The position numbers and the translations under genes were made by a program. The notes under the pieces were generated by a model. The model did no database searches. It was given only the letters and a program-made list of their open reading frames with translations, and was not told the origin of the DNA. A stretch of 64,000 bases of DNA from Candidatus Marinacidobacterales bacterium (GTDB lineage: Bacteria; Acidobacteriota; Vicinamibacteria; Marinacidobacterales; SMYC01). The stretch is taken from the NCBI GenBank assembly GCA_965237955.1, contig OZ250169.1, positions 6,912,001-6,976,000 on the forward strand. The letters run 5' to 3'. Positions 32,156 to 41,546 of the stretch are shown in pieces; the stretch's first letter is position 1, and the number at the start of each line of letters is the position of its first letter.

Positions 32156-32715
32156 CGCTGGTACTCCGCGATGCGTGCCGCGACGTCGGAAAGCCGGTAT
32201 CTTCGAACGGGGTCGCCGGGCTTTCGCGATTTCGTGCTGTAGTTCGCCAGCATCAGTGTCGAAATGTCGCGTTTCAGGATTCGCTCGCCAACCGCGTTCC
32301 TCGCGATCGTGAACTTACCCAGCGAAAGCCCGAGCACGCTCGGAATGCGGGCCTGTTGTCCCGCGCAGAACAAGAGCACCTCCTCGCCAATGCCGAACTG
32401 CGGTGTTCCGGGGAGATGCGCTAGGTAGCGTCCGACTTGCCCTCCGAGCAAACGCACCGTCGCGACGCGCGCGTCGTTACCTCCTTTGAGGTACGTCTCG
32501 ACTTCGAACGTGACGTAAGTGTAGATGCGCGTGCGTTCCGCGTTCCATTCGGCCCGCTTTCCTACTACACGGCCGGTGAAAATCATGTCGGCGCGATCGG
32601 TCATCTGCTCGAGGTTCATGGCGCGCACCGTGCCTGCCTCGCTCGTGCCCAGGTTCAGCGTTAGTGCGCCCAGCGTCAACAGGGTGAACACCAGCGGGAT
32701 CGGGATGGATCGCAT
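32152..32715 (-). CDS. Secreted hypothetical protein
   Basis: Signal peptide; ADMIFTGRV, IYTYVTFEVE..LKG, GGQVG, GEEVLLF. Confidence 0.75.
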   Translation of the reverse strand: MRSIPIPLVFTLLTLGALTLNLGTSEAGTVRAMNLEQMTDRADMIFTGRVVGKRAEWNAERTRIYTYVTFEVETYLKGGNDARVATVRLLGGQVGRYLAHLPGTPQFGIGEEVLLFCAGQQARIPSVLGLSLGKFTIARNAVGERILKRDISTLMLANYSTKSRKPGDPVRRYRLSDVAARIAEYQR

Positions 32716-32744
32716 GAGGGTTGCCTCCTTTTTTCGACGAGTGT

Positions 32745-33887
32745 CTATGATAGCTCGAAGTGAGAGAGCACGGCCTCGGCCGCGCGCGCCGAAGCGCCTC
32801 CACCACCGAGCTTCTGCTTGACGTCGGCCAGACCGCGGCGCATGGCCTCCGCGTTGTCCTCGTCGAGAAGCCGCATCACCTGCTCGACGATGTTCGCCGG
32901 CGTCATCGCGCCCTGAATCAGCTCCGGCACGAGCTCTCGCTCCGCGATGAGATTCACCATGGAGTAGAAGGCCACGTTCACGAACGGCTTGCCGAGAAAA
33001 TAGCTCGCGCGTCCCACGCGGTACACGACGACCATGGGGGTTCCCGAGAGCGCCGCCTCCATCGTGGCGGTGCCGGAAGCGACGATGGCAGCGGCCGCAT
33101 GGACGAGGCCATTGTAGATAGGTCCTTCGAGGATGCGCACGCGATCGACGCTCGTCACGTCGAGCCGATCGCTGAGGAATCCCGGGGGGATGGTCGGCGC
33201 GCGGCTAACGACGAACTGGAGATCCGCGTAGGTACGAGACAGCTCTTCGAGCGCGCGGCACAGGATGGGAACATGTAGCTCGATCTCGCGGCGGCGGCTG
33301 CCGGGTAACACTGTTAACAGCGGCCGCCCCGGGTCGAGTCCTGCCCGGCTGAAAAACGCTTCGCGATCCTCGGAGGCTCGAGCAAGATCGACGAGCGGGT
33401 GGCCGACGTAGCGAACTTTCACGCCTTCGCGCTCGTAGAGCTCTTTCTCGAAAGGCAGAATAACGAGCATTTCTTCGACGGTCTCCCGGATGGTGCGGAT
33501 TCTCCCGCGGCGCCACGCCCAAACTTGTGGGCTGACGTAATAGACCACGGGAACGCCGAGCGACTTGAGCCGGCGCGCGAGCCGGAGGTTGAAGCCGGAA
33601 AAATCGATGAGCACCGCGAGATCCGGTCGTCTCGATTCGGCCGCGGCGCACAACCGCCGCATCGCGTCCGCAAGCGCCGGCAGTTTTCGGACGACCTCGA
33701 CGAGCCCAATCACCGAGACCTCTTCGAGGCGAACGATCCGCTCCATACCTGCGGCTTCGGAGCGGGCACCACCGAGGCCGAACGCGGACAGCGACGGGCG
33801 TTTCTTGATGAGCTCTTTCAGGAGCTCGGCGGCATACAGGTCACCGGAAGCCTCACCGCAGCTGATGAGGAGGCGGAGCGGCTTCAC
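32745..33887 (-). CDS. lpxB: Lipid-A-disaccharide synthase
   Basis: GEASGD, YYVSPQVWAWR, GHPL, LPGSR, SGTATME. Confidence 0.96.
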   Translation of the reverse strand: MKPLRLLISCGEASGDLYAAELLKELIKKRPSLSAFGLGGARSEAAGMERIVRLEEVSVIGLVEVVRKLPALADAMRRLCAAAESRRPDLAVLIDFSGFNLRLARRLKSLGVPVVYYVSPQVWAWRRGRIRTIRETVEEMLVILPFEKELYEREGVKVRYVGHPLVDLARASEDREAFFSRAGLDPGRPLLTVLPGSRRREIELHVPILCRALEELSRTYADLQFVVSRAPTIPPGFLSDRLDVTSVDRVRILEGPIYNGLVHAAAAIVASGTATMEAALSGTPMVVVYRVGRASYFLGKPFVNVAFYSMVNLIAERELVPELIQGAMTPANIVEQVMRLLDEDNAEAMRRGLADVKQKLGGGGASARAAEAVLSHFELS

Positions 33888-35647
33888 GTGTACGGGTCAG
33901 ACCTTCGTTGACAGCGGTTCGCGGCTGAATATAGCACGGCCGCTCGCTCTTCAAAATCCTCAGCAAAGAATTGCCTGTCCGTACTGCCCGGACCGAGACG
34001 GGTGCGACTTTTTTTCAACAACCGACCTATGTGGTTTACCAAGGCTTCGGTGCCGGCGCCGGTCAGGGCAGAGACGACGAGGCTAGTGGGACGTTGGGCG
34101 AGCTCGACCCGTTGACGCTCCGGCAGCAGATCGCTCTTGTTGAACACCGTGATCTGGTGGATATCATCGAGCTCGAGCTCCGTTAGGATGCGCGCCACGG
34201 AGTCCATCCGATCGCGAGACGCGGCGTGCGAGGCATCGACGATGTGGAGGATCAGCGTCGACGTTTCGATCTCCTCGAGCGTTGCGCGAAACGCTTCGAT
34301 CAGCTCCGGCGGAAGATCCCGGATGAACCCGACGGTGTCCGCCAGCAGGACTTCGCGCTCGACCGGCACGCGCAGCCGCCGGCTCGTAGGATCCAGCGTT
34401 TCGAACATGCGGCTTCCGGCCGCGACGGTGCTTTTGGTGAGGCGGTTCAACAAGCTCGACTTCCCTGCGCTGGTGTAGCCGACGAGGGTAACGATCGGAA
34501 GCCCGCGGCTCACGCGTCGCTTGCGACGCTCACCTCTCTTACGCCGGATGTTCTTGACCTCTTTTTGGAGGCGCGTGATCCTCTCGCGCGCCCGGCGGCG
34601 GTCGATTTCGAGCTTGGTCTCACCAGGGCCGCGGCCGCCGATGCCGCCGGTGAGCCGGGAAAGCGCGGTGTCCATCTCGGTGAGCCGCGGCAGCATATAC
34701 CGTAGCTGGGCGAGCTCGACTTGAAGCTTACCTTCGCGGCTTTGGGCGCGCCGCGCGAAGATATCGAGAATAAGCTGCGTGCGATCCAGGATCTTCAGGT
34801 CGGTGGCCGCGCTAATCGAGCGAACCTGCGCCGGTGTCAGGTTCCGATCGAAGATGATCAGATCGGCGCCTTCTTGTAGGGTGTGGATGACGAGCTCTTC
34901 GATCTTGCCTTTGCCGATGAGATAGCGGGGATCGAGCCTCGTGCGTTTTTGCACGACGGTGTCGAGGACGACGACCTCGGAAAACCTCGCGAGCTCGGCG
35001 AGCTCGGCTAGCCGCTCGCGCGCCTCCTCCACACTTTTCGTGGTGACGCCCACCAAGATGGCGCGCTCGCGTCGGTCGAAGCGATGATGCTCGCCGCGTT
35101 TTTCCGCGAACTCATCCTCGAGATGGGTGATGAACGCCACGAAGTCGAGGTCGATTTGGCTCGGAAGCACCGGGGGCAAGAGCTCCCACGGTTCGGCGTT
35201 ATTACTGTTTCCATTGCCGGCGGTCGCAGGCGTGAGGTGCGCGGTGCGCACGACACCGGGGAGCCCATCTTCGCGCGCCTCGATCGCGGACATCGCATCG
35301 AGACGTAGAAGCGCCAAATCGGTCAAGTCATCACGCGTCAACGGCTCGGAAGCCAAGTGCGTGTGGAGACACCGCAAACCGCGAAACCGTCGCTCGGCGA
35401 CACGCAGCCGCTTCAAGTCCGGCAGCACGATCTGGCGTGCATTGCCGACGATGACCCACTCCACTTCACCTTTCCGATTGACGAGGACGCCGACTTGCCG
35501 GTGGAGCTCGCGGGAGATCTCGGTGAGTTGGCGCGCGAAATCGTGAGTCACGAGCTCACGAGGAGGTAGCCGCCGCTGGTAGAGTTTTTCGAGCCGCTTA
35601 CGCTGGCCGGCCTTCAGACCCGTGATGTTGCCTTCTAGCTTGCGAAT
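33884..35647 (-). CDS. hflX: GTPase HflX, long form, probable ATT start
   Basis: GYTSAGKS, FETLDPT, DTVGF, NKSD, GPGETKLE; conserved N-terminal GNITGLK lies upstream of the listed GTG. Confidence 0.92.
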   Translation of the reverse strand: MRKLEGNITGLKAGQRKRLEKLYQRRLPPRELVTHDFARQLTEISRELHRQVGVLVNRKGEVEWVIVGNARQIVLPDLKRLRVAERRFRGLRCLHTHLASEPLTRDDLTDLALLRLDAMSAIEAREDGLPGVVRTAHLTPATAGNGNSNNAEPWELLPPVLPSQIDLDFVAFITHLEDEFAEKRGEHHRFDRRERAILVGVTTKSVEEARERLAELAELARFSEVVVLDTVVQKRTRLDPRYLIGKGKIEELVIHTLQEGADLIIFDRNLTPAQVRSISAATDLKILDRTQLILDIFARRAQSREGKLQVELAQLRYMLPRLTEMDTALSRLTGGIGGRGPGETKLEIDRRRARERITRLQKEVKNIRRKRGERRKRRVSRGLPIVTLVGYTSAGKSSLLNRLTKSTVAAGSRMFETLDPTSRRLRVPVEREVLLADTVGFIRDLPPELIEAFRATLEEIETSTLILHIVDASHAASRDRMDSVARILTELELDDIHQITVFNKSDLLPERQRVELAQRPTSLVVSALTGAGTEALVNHIGRLLKKSRTRLGPGSTDRQFFAEDFEERAAVLYSAANRCQRRSDPYT

Positions 35648-35671
35648 GTGGCGGGCCTTGTGGTTTCTGGC

Positions 35672-36877
35672 TTAGGGGCTCTGGTTGCCGGTTTCGGAGA
35701 CGAGGAGATCGAGCTTCGCGCGCGCGGACAGATAGTTCGGATCGACCTCGAGCGTCTTCTCGTAGGCGTCGATCGCTTTTTTGCGATTGCCGAGCTTCAT
35801 GTAGACCTCGCCGATGTAGTAACGCGCATCGGCGAGCGATCCGTCGCGAGACACGGCTTTTTTGAAGTGCTTGAGCGCCTCGCGGTAGTTCTTCTGGTGG
35901 AATTCGATGATACCCAGGTGATGGTAATAGTAAGCGTTCGAGGCGTTCGAGCCACCGGCTTTGGTCGCCAACTCGAACTCCGCGATGGCGTCGTCTACGA
36001 GCCCCATCGAATAGTACGCGGCACCCAGGTTCGAGCGGGCATCCGCGAACTTTGGATCGGATTGAAGCGCGAGCTTGTACTGCTCAATGGCTTCGTCTAC
36101 CCGGCCGCGCCGCCTCAGGGCAACGCCGAGATTGTTGCGCGCGCGAAGGAAGTTCGGGTAGATGTCGAGAGCCATCTTGTACATTTTGAGCTCGGCGGCT
36201 TCCGGATCGAAATTGTCGCCGAGATCGCCCGCCGTTTCCGCGAAGTAGCCGTACAGGAAGCCTTGATTGTTGTAGTAGTTCGCAATCGCTTCGAAGTCGT
36301 CGATCTCTTTCGCGCCAAAATACTCGCGCTCCGGAGTTCGTGTGAAATCGATCATTTTGAGGTCGGGACCGTGGCGAACGCCGGCGGTGATGTGGCCGTT
36401 GTTGACGATCACGTCGGCCTCTTTCGAGACGCGCTCGATGGTTTTGACGTCCACGTAGACGGCGTCGAGGCCGACCTCGCGCGCCATACCTATGAAGAGG
36501 TTGGTGTAGGCGAGACAGCTACCTTTGCCCTCGTAGAACACTTGCTGCGCGGTTTTGTTCGACAGCCAGTCGTAGGAGATCGACATGCCGGTGTGATCGA
36601 TGATCGCATGGACGATCGCACGCGCCTTGTTGCTGTCGGTGAGCAAATTCTCGACCGACTTGATGGCGAGCACGCGGATTTCGTCGTTGATGTCGTAGGG
36701 GACGACGATCTTTTGCACCACGTCTTCAGGAACGCGGGTGCGGAGATCCTCTCTCACCTCGGCGGGAGTGTATTGTTTCCGAGAAGTCGTCGCGCAGGCG
36801 GACAGGGTGGCGAGCGCGGCGATAACCCCTAACGATCGGAGCCACTTGGACCCATGAGACAAGCCCGATAGTTTCAT
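35672..36877 (-). CDS. Transglutaminase-like + TPR lipoprotein
   Basis: Lipobox LSAC; GSCLAY / GHI / IDF triad; several TPRs. Confidence 0.85.
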   Translation of the reverse strand: MKLSGLSHGSKWLRSLGVIAALATLSACATTSRKQYTPAEVREDLRTRVPEDVVQKIVVPYDINDEIRVLAIKSVENLLTDSNKARAIVHAIIDHTGMSISYDWLSNKTAQQVFYEGKGSCLAYTNLFIGMAREVGLDAVYVDVKTIERVSKEADVIVNNGHITAGVRHGPDLKMIDFTRTPEREYFGAKEIDDFEAIANYYNNQGFLYGYFAETAGDLGDNFDPEAAELKMYKMALDIYPNFLRARNNLGVALRRRGRVDEAIEQYKLALQSDPKFADARSNLGAAYYSMGLVDDAIAEFELATKAGGSNASNAYYYHHLGIIEFHQKNYREALKHFKKAVSRDGSLADARYYIGEVYMKLGNRKKAIDAYEKTLEVDPNYLSARAKLDLLVSETGNQSP

Positions 36878-36998
36878 GACGGTCGCCTGTCGAGCAGTAT
36901 AGCACGTGCTCAGCGGGCCGTCAGAGACGGCCGCCGTTTGCACTTCCCTACATCGCGGCGTATTCTGCACGGCAACCGGTGAACCGAGGAGGAACTCG

Positions 36999-38516
36999 AT
37001 GTTGAACAAGCTGTTGCGAGCTTTCGCCACCGTCGGCGTCATTGCGATCGCCGCTACGGTCGTGGCCCAGGACAAGCTCAGCAAAGGCGACAAAAAATGG
37101 ATGGAGGAGGAAGTCGGCCCCATCATCACCAAGCAAGAAATAGCGATGTTCCAGCAGATCGACAAGGACGACCGCAAGCTCTTCAAAGAGCTCTTCTGGA
37201 TGCGACGCGACTACGACCCCCGCACGCGGGACAACGAGTACCGCAAAGATTACGAACAGCGCATCAAAGCGGCGAACGACAATTTCAAGTCTCGACGCCA
37301 GAAGGGCTCGGAATCCGACATGGGGAAGATCTTTCTGCTGATGGGCGCGCCCGACGAGCGGCAGCGAGGCGGCTCCGCCGAAGAGGGTGGTTTGCCGCGC
37401 AATCCCAGTGCGAGAGAGAACGATGCTGTCAATCCGTTTGCAGGCTTCGAGGATGATATTTCGGCGGGCGCGCGCGATATTGGCTCCCGTGACATCATGG
37501 TGTGGGTCTATAATCCCAACCCTTCGCTCGGCATACCGGACGGCCTCGCGGTCGAGTTCTGGCGGCGAGAGCAGTTCGGTTATCGCATTGGAAACCTGGA
37601 CGACATCGAGGAGCATCTCGAGGGCGCGAAGGAGCAGATGGTTGCGAACCGAGCGATCGGTTACTCGCTCGACGAAAACGGGCGGCTCCGGAAACCGGAT
37701 GACAAGTTCGATCCAAACAGCCCGGCGAAGACGGTCCTCTCCGCGCTTCGTAACACCGGTGAGACGAGCTCTGCAATCGCGTTCACGACCACTCCAAGCT
37801 TCTTCCAGGCGTCCGGCGGGGAAATCTACGTCCCCATCGATTTCGCGATCTCGGAAGGACCGACATCGGACAACCTCACGTTCTTCTATTCAGTGGAGGA
37901 TGCCGATGGGTTCGAGAGAAACCAAGCCGAAGAACCGGTGCAGCTCACGAAGGACGCAGCCGGTCGATGGCGCTACGAGTATCCCATCCAGCTGCCGGCG
38001 GGTCTCTACACCTTGTACGTCGGTTTTCTCGACAGCGCGGCCAAAGTGCACGGAACCCAAATCATCGACCTGGAGGTTCCCAGCTTCGAGGGCGACGCGC
38101 TCACGCTGTCCTCGGTGGTCATGTTCTCGACCTCGGACAGGACGGGCGAGACCCACGGTGTTCCCGGGAAGGCTTTTCTTCTCGCCGGTTATCATTTCAA
38201 GCCCAAGGGCGAAAGGCTCTACAACCACTCGGAGCAGCTCGCGGGCGTGCTCAACGCTTACAACTATGGTCTCGCCGGTGAGCAACCCAATTTGACGTTT
38301 CAGCTCGTGTTCTTCAAAGACGGGGAGAAGCGAGGGCAAACCGAAGACGGGCCGTTCGCGGCGCAGGTACCCAAGATGGCGTTTACCACCTTCGACATCC
38401 CGCTGAATATCCCGACCTTCAAAGAGCCAGGAGACTACACGATGAAGGTCACGGTGACCGATCACATCAAGAACGAAAAACTCACGGAGGAGATCACGTT
38501 CGTCATCAAAGAGTAA
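36999..38516 (+). CDS. GWxTD-domain-containing secreted protein (variant GSESD)
   Basis: KKWMEEEV..II, FWMRRD.DP.T..NEY, ANDNF, SDMGKIFL.MGAPD; GAGGAGG RBS. Confidence 0.85.
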   Translation: MLNKLLRAFATVGVIAIAATVVAQDKLSKGDKKWMEEEVGPIITKQEIAMFQQIDKDDRKLFKELFWMRRDYDPRTRDNEYRKDYEQRIKAANDNFKSRRQKGSESDMGKIFLLMGAPDERQRGGSAEEGGLPRNPSARENDAVNPFAGFEDDISAGARDIGSRDIMVWVYNPNPSLGIPDGLAVEFWRREQFGYRIGNLDDIEEHLEGAKEQMVANRAIGYSLDENGRLRKPDDKFDPNSPAKTVLSALRNTGETSSAIAFTTTPSFFQASGGEIYVPIDFAISEGPTSDNLTFFYSVEDADGFERNQAEEPVQLTKDAAGRWRYEYPIQLPAGLYTLYVGFLDSAAKVHGTQIIDLEVPSFEGDALTLSSVVMFSTSDRTGETHGVPGKAFLLAGYHFKPKGERLYNHSEQLAGVLNAYNYGLAGEQPNLTFQLVFFKDGEKRGQTEDGPFAAQVPKMAFTTFDIPLNIPTFKEPGDYTMKVTVTDHIKNEKLTEEITFVIKE

Positions 38517-38533
38517 CCCGAGGGAGTTGACTC

Positions 38534-38929
38534 ATGAAGCGGACACTCCTGGCCGCGCTCGTGCTCGCCGGTGCGATCGCGACGGCGTCTACCGCGGCCG
38601 AGTCTCAGGCGAAGAGCAAGAAATCCGTCAACGCCGTCTATGCCGTCGGCTGCCTCAGCGAAGAGGATGAGGAATGGATGCTCATCCGCGCGACGGAAGC
38701 GGTCGTCACCGAAATCTCGCCGCTCACTCCGGATGAAGAAGAAGCCTCGGATGCGCTCGAAACCCCTGGGGACAAGCGCTACTACCTCATCGGTGTCGAG
38801 GCGTTCCACCTTCCCGATCACAAAGACCACAAAGTCCAGGTCAAGGGTCTCCTCATCGAGGCGACTCCGGCGAGCCGCATCAACATCACCTCGATCCGCC
38901 ACATGGACGCCGAGTGCCCCGCCCCGTAA
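38534..38929 (+). CDS. Secreted hypothetical protein
   Basis: Signal peptide; VGCL...HKVQVKGLLI...INITS. Confidence 0.7.
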   Translation: MKRTLLAALVLAGAIATASTAAESQAKSKKSVNAVYAVGCLSEEDEEWMLIRATEAVVTEISPLTPDEEEASDALETPGDKRYYLIGVEAFHLPDHKDHKVQVKGLLIEATPASRINITSIRHMDAECPAP

Positions 38930-39004
38930 GGGTTGACGGTGCCCGGCAGAGGTATTGGGGTGAGTGGACCCTCCCATACTGAAATCCAGCCAAGGAGAAG
39001 CCAG

Positions 39005-39911
39005 ATGACGATACGGCTCCTTTCCTTCACGTTGGCCGCGCTCCTGATCGCGGCCTTACTCCATCGTCGCCTGGGTGGGAGCCGGGTCGCCGAAAGGCAA
39101 CGACGAGGACATCCCGGAGCTACCCGAGTTCGCCTCGGACCCTCGCTGGACCTACGGCGAGCCTGACTACGTTTTCACGCTTCCCATTGAGTTCCAGATT
39201 CCGGCAGAGGGCGAGCTCGACGTCGTCAACTTCTATTCGAAGATCCCGTTCGAGGAAGACAGGTTCATCGAGAAGCTCGAGCTCAAGCCGAGCGCTCACG
39301 GCATTCTCCACCATGCCGGCGCCTATATCGTCGACATTCCCGAGGGTGCCGAGATCGTCGATGGGCTTCTGGTGATGCCGGACGGCGCTTTGGAAGCGAC
39401 GGCCCGCACTGCGCCCGATGACGAGCAGAGCGTCTTCTCCCTCGCGGGCACGTCGAAGCTGATCTCCTACGTTCCGGGCCGAGGGATGGAACGCCACAAA
39501 CCGGGCACGGCCAAACGCATGCCGGCAGGTAGCTGCCTCCGGTGGAACATGCACTATCAGGCGAACGGTCGCCCCATGACCGACCGCACCGAGCTCGGCG
39601 TGTGGTTCAACACCAAGCCGGTGACGCACGAGATCCTGAACCGCAGCAGCAGCGGACTCGAGACTTACATCGTCGAAGGTGTCGAGATTCCGCCTCGATT
39701 CAAAGACGGCAAGTGGAAGCGCGGGCTCATTCCCAATATTCCGGCGTACGCGGCGAACTGGGAGAACATCCAAGTCCAGCCGATTCCGGAAGACATCACG
39801 CTCTTCGGCATGTCCCCGCACATGCATCTACGCGGCAAGAACATGGTTTACGTCATCACCTATCCCGACGGAACCAACCAGACCATCCTGACCGTGCCCG
39901 ATCACCCGTAG
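39005..39911 (+). pseudogene. Copper type II ascorbate-dependent monooxygenase-like protein, deleted and truncated
   Basis: ILHHA, NMHY, PHMHLRGK; N-terminal deletion/frameshift and C-terminal loss. Confidence 0.7.
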
Positions 39912-39923
39912 GCTCAACGTCGC

Positions 39924-40140
39924 ATGAAGCAATTGTTCTTCGCGCTCGTTTTCGTTGCGCTTCCAGGAAACGGCCCAGAGGCGCAACAAGACGCGCAACA
40001 ACCCAAAGCGGACCTTCCCAAAGGGCAAATGCCCGACCTCGGGCGGCCGACGACAAGGACGATGCGCTTCCGCTTTTTGACTACGAGACGTATTTCACCG
40101 GCAAGTGGAAGTTCGAGTGGATCGTGCCGGAATCCGTAGT
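39924..40140 (+). pseudogene. Secreted protein N-terminal fragment
   Basis: Signal peptide, PKGQMPDLGRPT, then YFTGKWKFEW in a shifted frame; ends abruptly. Confidence 0.45.
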
Positions 40141-40209
40141 GGAGAAAGGAAATCCCGGGGGTTACCGACGAAGGCAAGTAAGGCCTCGCACGCTCATCCT
40201 CGAGAAAAA

Positions 40210-40310
40210 CAACGCAAAGGCGCTAAGACGCGAAGGCGCCAAGAGCTCGGAGTCGGGCAACAAGGATCGGTTTGGACTTGGCGTCTTTGCGCCTTCGCGT
40301 CTGTGCGTTG
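40210..40310. repeat. REP-like long inverted repeat built of about 8-bp units
   Basis: CAACGCAAAGGCGCTAAGACGCGAAGGCGCCAAG (40210-40243) pairs imperfectly with CTTGGCGTCTTTGCGCCTTCGCGTCTGTGCGTTG (40277-40310). Confidence 0.7.
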
Positions 40311-40325
40311 ATCTTTTTCCCGGAG

Positions 40326-41492
40326 CTACGCGGCTTTTTTCAAGCCGCCCTCTTCCAGTATCTCGAGGGCTTTGTCGAGGACGGGGTCTTCATCCTCGGG
40401 GGTGTCGGCGGGGCGGGGGACCTCGACGGTCGGCTCGAGGCCTTCGCCGAGCATCGCCTTCCCGTCCGGCGTCCAGTACTGCCCCACGGAGAGAACGAGC
40501 GCCGCGCCGTCGCGGAGCGCGATGGTTTTCTGCACAGCGCTACGGCCCGAGGTCGAAACGCCGACGAGCTCGCCCCGGTTAGCCGACCGGATGGCGCTGG
40601 CGACGATCTCCGCTGCCCCGGAGCTTCCGCGGTTGATGAGCACGGCGATTGGGCCATCGAACGCGACCTGATCGCTCGCGAGGGTGACGTCCGTCGTCTC
40701 CCCGTCACGGGTTTGAAGACGTGCCGCCACGCCACCCGCGACGAAGAGCTCGGCGATACGGGCACCATCAGCCGCGATCCGGCCAAAGCTGTTGCGAACG
40801 TCTAACACGATGCGCTCGGCTCCCTGGCCCTTGAGCATTTCGATGCTGCGTTTCAGGTCGGTCGCGGTGCCTGCACGGAACGACGTGATGTGGATGTAGC
40901 CGGTCCCGTCCTTCAGAAGCTCGAACTCCACCGGCGACGAGACGACGTCACGGCGATTCACGCTGATATCGAACGGCTCCGGCTGGCGTCCGCGGATGAC
41001 CTCGAGCTCGAGCTTCGAGCCCGCGGGCCCTCGGAGCATCGCTTCGCCCACGATCACGTTGACCTCGCGCGTGTTCTTGCCGTCGATGGACTTGAGCAGA
41101 TCTCCGGGCTGGAGTCCCGCGGCTTCGGCAGGCGAGCCCGCCAACACCGCAACCACTTGAATGTAGTAACGCTTCGTCACCTCGACACCGATATCCGCCT
41201 TCGCCTGCGCTTCGGGCGTCGTGAACGCCTCGTACTCTTCGGGGGTGAGGTAACAGCTATCGGGATCGAGCGCTTCCATCATGCCGCGGATCGCGCCGTC
41301 TATGACTTCATCCATCTCCGGCTGCTCGACGTAGAAGTTCATCACATGGGTCACCACGTCTTGGAACACGGAGAGGTAGCGGTAGGCGCTATCCCGTGCC
41401 AGGGCGCGGCCGAGGAACCCTCCAAGGATCGCATAGAGAACAAAGGGGATAGAGAAGCCTAGGATGAGGTGCTTGGCGCGTAAGTTCTTCAT
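40326..41492 (-). CDS. S41/CtpA-like PDZ protein with degenerate active site
   Basis: LDPDSCYL, PDZ GSPAEAAGLQPGD, GYIHITSF; SSGAAE and TSGRSAVQ replace ASASE and GKGSVQ. Confidence 0.85.
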   Translation of the reverse strand: MKNLRAKHLILGFSIPFVLYAILGGFLGRALARDSAYRYLSVFQDVVTHVMNFYVEQPEMDEVIDGAIRGMMEALDPDSCYLTPEEYEAFTTPEAQAKADIGVEVTKRYYIQVVAVLAGSPAEAAGLQPGDLLKSIDGKNTREVNVIVGEAMLRGPAGSKLELEVIRGRQPEPFDISVNRRDVVSSPVEFELLKDGTGYIHITSFRAGTATDLKRSIEMLKGQGAERIVLDVRNSFGRIAADGARIAELFVAGGVAARLQTRDGETTDVTLASDQVAFDGPIAVLINRGSSGAAEIVASAIRSANRGELVGVSTSGRSAVQKTIALRDGAALVLSVGQYWTPDGKAMLGEGLEPTVEVPRPADTPEDEDPVLDKALEILEEGGLKKAA

Positions 41493-41546
41493 GGGCGAAA
41501 CCGATCCTCCCGCTAGATCTTATTTTGCCGTGCTGGACGGCCGCGG

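Noticed and set aside
35648-36832. Long antisense ORFs (also 31103-32242, 42541-43764, 59164-60342, 62202-63272)
   Set aside because: GC-rich shadow frames opposite genes with clear motifs
38930-40325. Insert with target duplication like the HNH unit
   Set aside because: No flanking direct repeat found by eye
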